IMG/VR virus record: IMGVR_UViG_3300037502_000804
Location: 1-44,400 of that record
Strand: one strand, 5' to 3'
From: a virus
Length of the DNA: 44,400 bases
Part shown: positions 42,676 to 44,400 of the stretch, one piece after another
How positions within the stretch are numbered: position 1 is the stretch's first letter
How the letters are laid out: every line of letters starts with the position of its first letter
Translations under genes and position numbers: made by a program
Notes under the pieces: model-generated
The model's database searches: none
What the model was told of the DNA's origin: nothing
What the model saw: only the letters and a program-made list of their open reading frames with translations

Positions 42676-42854
42676 TTAGAAACCTCCAATAATTTAAGTA
42701 ATGTTTCCTGTCTTTCCTGATGCTGAATCTCTCGATATTCATGCATACGTTTTCTGTATTCTTTCGAGTCAATTACGTTCATTTGATAAGCTGTTTCGAT
42801 TGACCAGAAGTAAGCGTCTGCACCATGTTCTTTTACGTCATCAAGCCAACTCAT
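42672..42854 (-). CDS. Hypothetical protein
   Basis: ORF with overlapping ends. Confidence 0.5.
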   Translation of the reverse strand: MSWLDDVKEHGADAYFWSIETAYQMNVIDSKEYRKRMHEYREIQHQERQETLLKLLEVSK

Positions 42855-43186
42855 TCCATTTTCTCCGAAATTTCATTTTCAATAACTTGAACAATGTTTG
42901 ATACTTCTTCGCTAGGTAAAACGTAGTCTTCTGTTTCACCATCTTCGTTAAAAACCTTAACGTCATTTACAGATTCAATTTCAACATCATTCCATGATTG
43001 GAATCCGTTGCCATCTTTAAAAAATCGGCCCTCAAACTCAACTTCTAAAATCAAATCACCAGACTTAATGGCAGCTACGTTATGCTCCATATCTAACGAT
43101 TCAATTTCGTATGGACCTGTAATAACTGGTTTACCCGAACATGCAACTAACGCAACAGAAGCAGCTAAAATCAATGCATTTTTCAT
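42851..43186 (-). CDS. Early lipoprotein (lipobox LVAC)
   Basis: MKNALILAASVALVAC|SGK signal peptidase II pattern. First gene after the promoter. Confidence 0.65.
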   Translation of the reverse strand: MKNALILAASVALVACSGKPVITGPYEIESLDMEHNVAAIKSGDLILEVEFEGRFFKDGNGFQSWNDVEIESVNDVKVFNEDGETEDYVLPSEEVSNIVQVIENEISEKME

Positions 43187-43213
43187 AATGTTTACCCCTT
43201 GTTTATATTCTCA

Positions 43214-43242
43214 ATAGTAAATGAATTATATGAATGTGTCAA
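43214..43242 (-). promoter_or_regulatory. Sigma70 promoter TTGACA-17 nt-TACTAT for the leftward recombination operon
   Basis: Consensus -35. The -10 is embedded in 15-bp motif site 7 (43207-43221, minus orientation). Confidence 0.7.
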
Positions 43243-43257
43243 GCGTAAATATTAAAA

Positions 43258-43282
43258 AAGCTCCCGAAGGAGCTAATTTTTT
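43258..43282. terminator. Bidirectional terminator
   Basis: A-run, gctcc-cgaa-ggagc stem-loop, then a T-run. Confidence 0.7.
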
Positions 43283-43688
43283 ACCAACTAGACGAGTCAC
43301 AGGACGAACTACTAGATGAATCATAACTTGAGCTACTAGAAGAGTCGCAATTACTTGATGATGAGCTATAACTATCAAGGCTAGACATTGTGGCATAATA
43401 TCCAATTGGGTTTGTTGGATTCATATAATCATTAGACTGGTAGCTTGATTTGCTCGAGCTTTGTCCATTTCTTAAATCAGATTTAGAGGATTTTTCTTTT
43501 CTCTCTTTTCTTACATTAATGCCAAATTCATTTAACCTTTTTTCAGCCTTAATGTCATCATATTCCTCAAAATAACAACGAGAAGTATCTAATGTTTCCA
43601 GTGTTTTGGCATTTGTATATGTCGCCAAATGTCTATTTGTTCTTTTGCAATAAATTAAATATTTCATTTCAATCCACACCCTGAACAT
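43281..43688 (-). CDS. Protein with Ser/Cys/Asp/Tyr-rich low-complexity C-terminal tail
   Basis: The ORF ends SSSSSNCDSSSSSSYDSSSSSSCDSSSW. ATG 43667 has a better SD-like context than 43688. Confidence 0.55.
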   Translation of the reverse strand: MFRVWIEMKYLIYCKRTNRHLATYTNAKTLETLDTSRCYFEEYDDIKAEKRLNEFGINVRKERKEKSSKSDLRNGQSSSKSSYQSNDYMNPTNPIGYYATMSSLDSYSSSSSNCDSSSSSSYDSSSSSSCDSSSW

Positions 43689-43733
43689 TTATGATTTAAA
43701 AACAATTTGTACTTGCAACAAATCTTACAAAAC

Positions 43734-44400
43734 TCAACCACCGATAGAGCCCTTCAAGAAGAATAGTGCTGTTAGAATCACAATGACAATCAGAATAATG
43801 ATTCGTTCGCGCTTGATCTTTGATTTAAGGCCAGCAACATCTGATTCAGACTGCTTGTATTGATTAACAAAATAATAAAGCCTATCAGCTGTATGCTGAT
43901 TGGTTTCTGTTAAAAGCAAAATTTGATCATCTTTATCAGCCAATGCTTTCACATCCTTATCATGAATTTTCTTGGCCTCATCGTTTTGCTTGATCAAACC
44001 GCTGATTGCCAAGTCTTTACTTTCGATGATCTTTTTAAGATTCGCGATTTCTTTGTCTTTCGATTCAAGTTCATCGGCAAGATTTGAGACAAAAGAATCA
44101 TTAACTTCTGGCTGATTTAGCAATTTATCCAACTCGGCAATAACCTTATTCTGAACCTTCTCGCTTTGCAGCTGGTTAAGCATTTTAGCGATATAGGGGC
44201 GAGACTTACCCATCTTTAAAGATAATTCACTATTGTTTAAACCAAGTTCTTTTTTTGCTTGGTGGATTTTTTTGATCATGTCGTTCATATGGTTTTTCAT
44301 AAAATATTCAAAATCAAATGTTGGAGATCCATATACCGTTCTGTGATTTAAATATTTATAAAATTCATTTCTATAACAACCAATAGTTAAATCAAAATCT
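43734..44400 (-). CDS. Junction-spanning protein (255 aa in total): N-domain, HTH, coiled coil and C-terminal TM anchor (5' end continues at 228-128 of the window)
   Basis: HTH-like LGLNNSELSLKMGKSRPYIAKMLN, a long heptad-rich region, and a terminal IIILIVIVILTALFFL. The frame is open to the window edge and in frame with ATG 228. Confidence 0.65.
   Translation of the reverse strand, partial: DFDLTIGCYRNEFYKYLNHRTVYGSPTFDFEYFMKNHMNDMIKKIHQAKKELGLNNSELSLKMGKSRPYIAKMLNQLQSEKVQNKVIAELDKLLNQPEVNDSFVSNLADELESKDKEIANLKKIIESKDLAISGLIKQNDEAKKIHDKDVKALADKDDQILLLTETNQHTADRLYYFVNQYKQSESDVAGLKSKIKRERIIILIVIVILTALFFLKGSIGG
44274..44400. repeat. Terminal direct duplication, copy 2
   Basis: Identical to 1-127. 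Confidence 0.9.

Larger units (their letters stand above)
1..44273. other. One complete circularly closed genome unit of a contractile-tailed phage (probably Acinetobacter AP22-like myophage, apparently virulent)
   Basis: Bases 1-127 are identical to 44274-44400 and an ORF reads in frame across the join. All replication, packaging, head, sheath/tube, baseplate, fibre and lysis modules are present and no integrase is seen. The host guess comes from a LysAB2-like endolysin C-terminus recalled from memory. Confidence 0.75.

Noticed and set aside
1-44400. tRNA genes, CRISPR arrays, IS elements or transposon ends
   Set aside because: No T-loop or acceptor-stem-like patterns were seen. There are no spaced repeat arrays, no transposase-like ORFs and no terminal inverted repeats.

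Overview
The window is one complete, circularly closed genome of an AT-rich contractile-tailed dsDNA phage. The unit length is 44,273 bp, because bases 1-127 are repeated exactly at 44274-44400 and one gene reads in frame across that join. Gene content and an endolysin ending ...IFERALRSL suggest an Acinetobacter AP22-like (Obolenskvirus-type) myophage; this rests on memory of those families and was not searched.

Layout:
- 229-329: divergent early control region.
- 330-12204 (+): rightward early/middle genes. These include two HTH regulators, a Dam-type methyltransferase, a Rha/KilAC antirepressor-like protein, an RHH protein, a Phd/YefM-like protein, a DUF1376 replication protein, DnaB, an Imm-type superinfection immunity protein, RusA, a Fis-type HTH protein and many tiny ORFs.
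- 12258-16280: packaging and portal genes.
- 16281-18949: a 2.7-kb accessory island inside the head module. It holds a second Rha gene, an ORF-free promoter-to-terminator unit and a block of micro-genes.
- 18950-23462: scaffold, capsid and connector genes.
- 24042-38241: sheath, tube, chaperone, tape measure, Mu-like baseplate and two fibre/spike genes, interrupted by two moron cassettes.
- 38331-39520: lysis genes.
- 43688-39613 (-): leftward early operon with a lipoprotein, RecT, an exonuclease and a MazG-like protein.
- No integrase, tRNA or CRISPR array was seen.

Observations most worth follow-up:
1. A perfectly conserved 15-bp element, TTTACTATTGAGAAT, sits at seven intergenic promoters in both orientations, with degenerate copies at the control region.
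2. A roughly 440-nt ORF-free, hairpin-rich transcription unit (candidate structured ncRNA) lies in the head module.
3. Two moron cassettes in the tail module are driven by a duplicated 32-bp identical promoter.
4. A four-member family of small paralogs always sits as the last gene before a terminator.
5. Back-to-back early promoters share one palindromic -35 hexamer, and the leftward one drives a gene for a membrane-anchored HTH protein that spans the circular join.
6. A separate class of extended -10 promoters precedes late and accessory units, and strong terminators lie inside the late operon.

Many ORF-track entries needed trimmed starts. About 15 real-looking ORFs under 60 aa are missing from the track.
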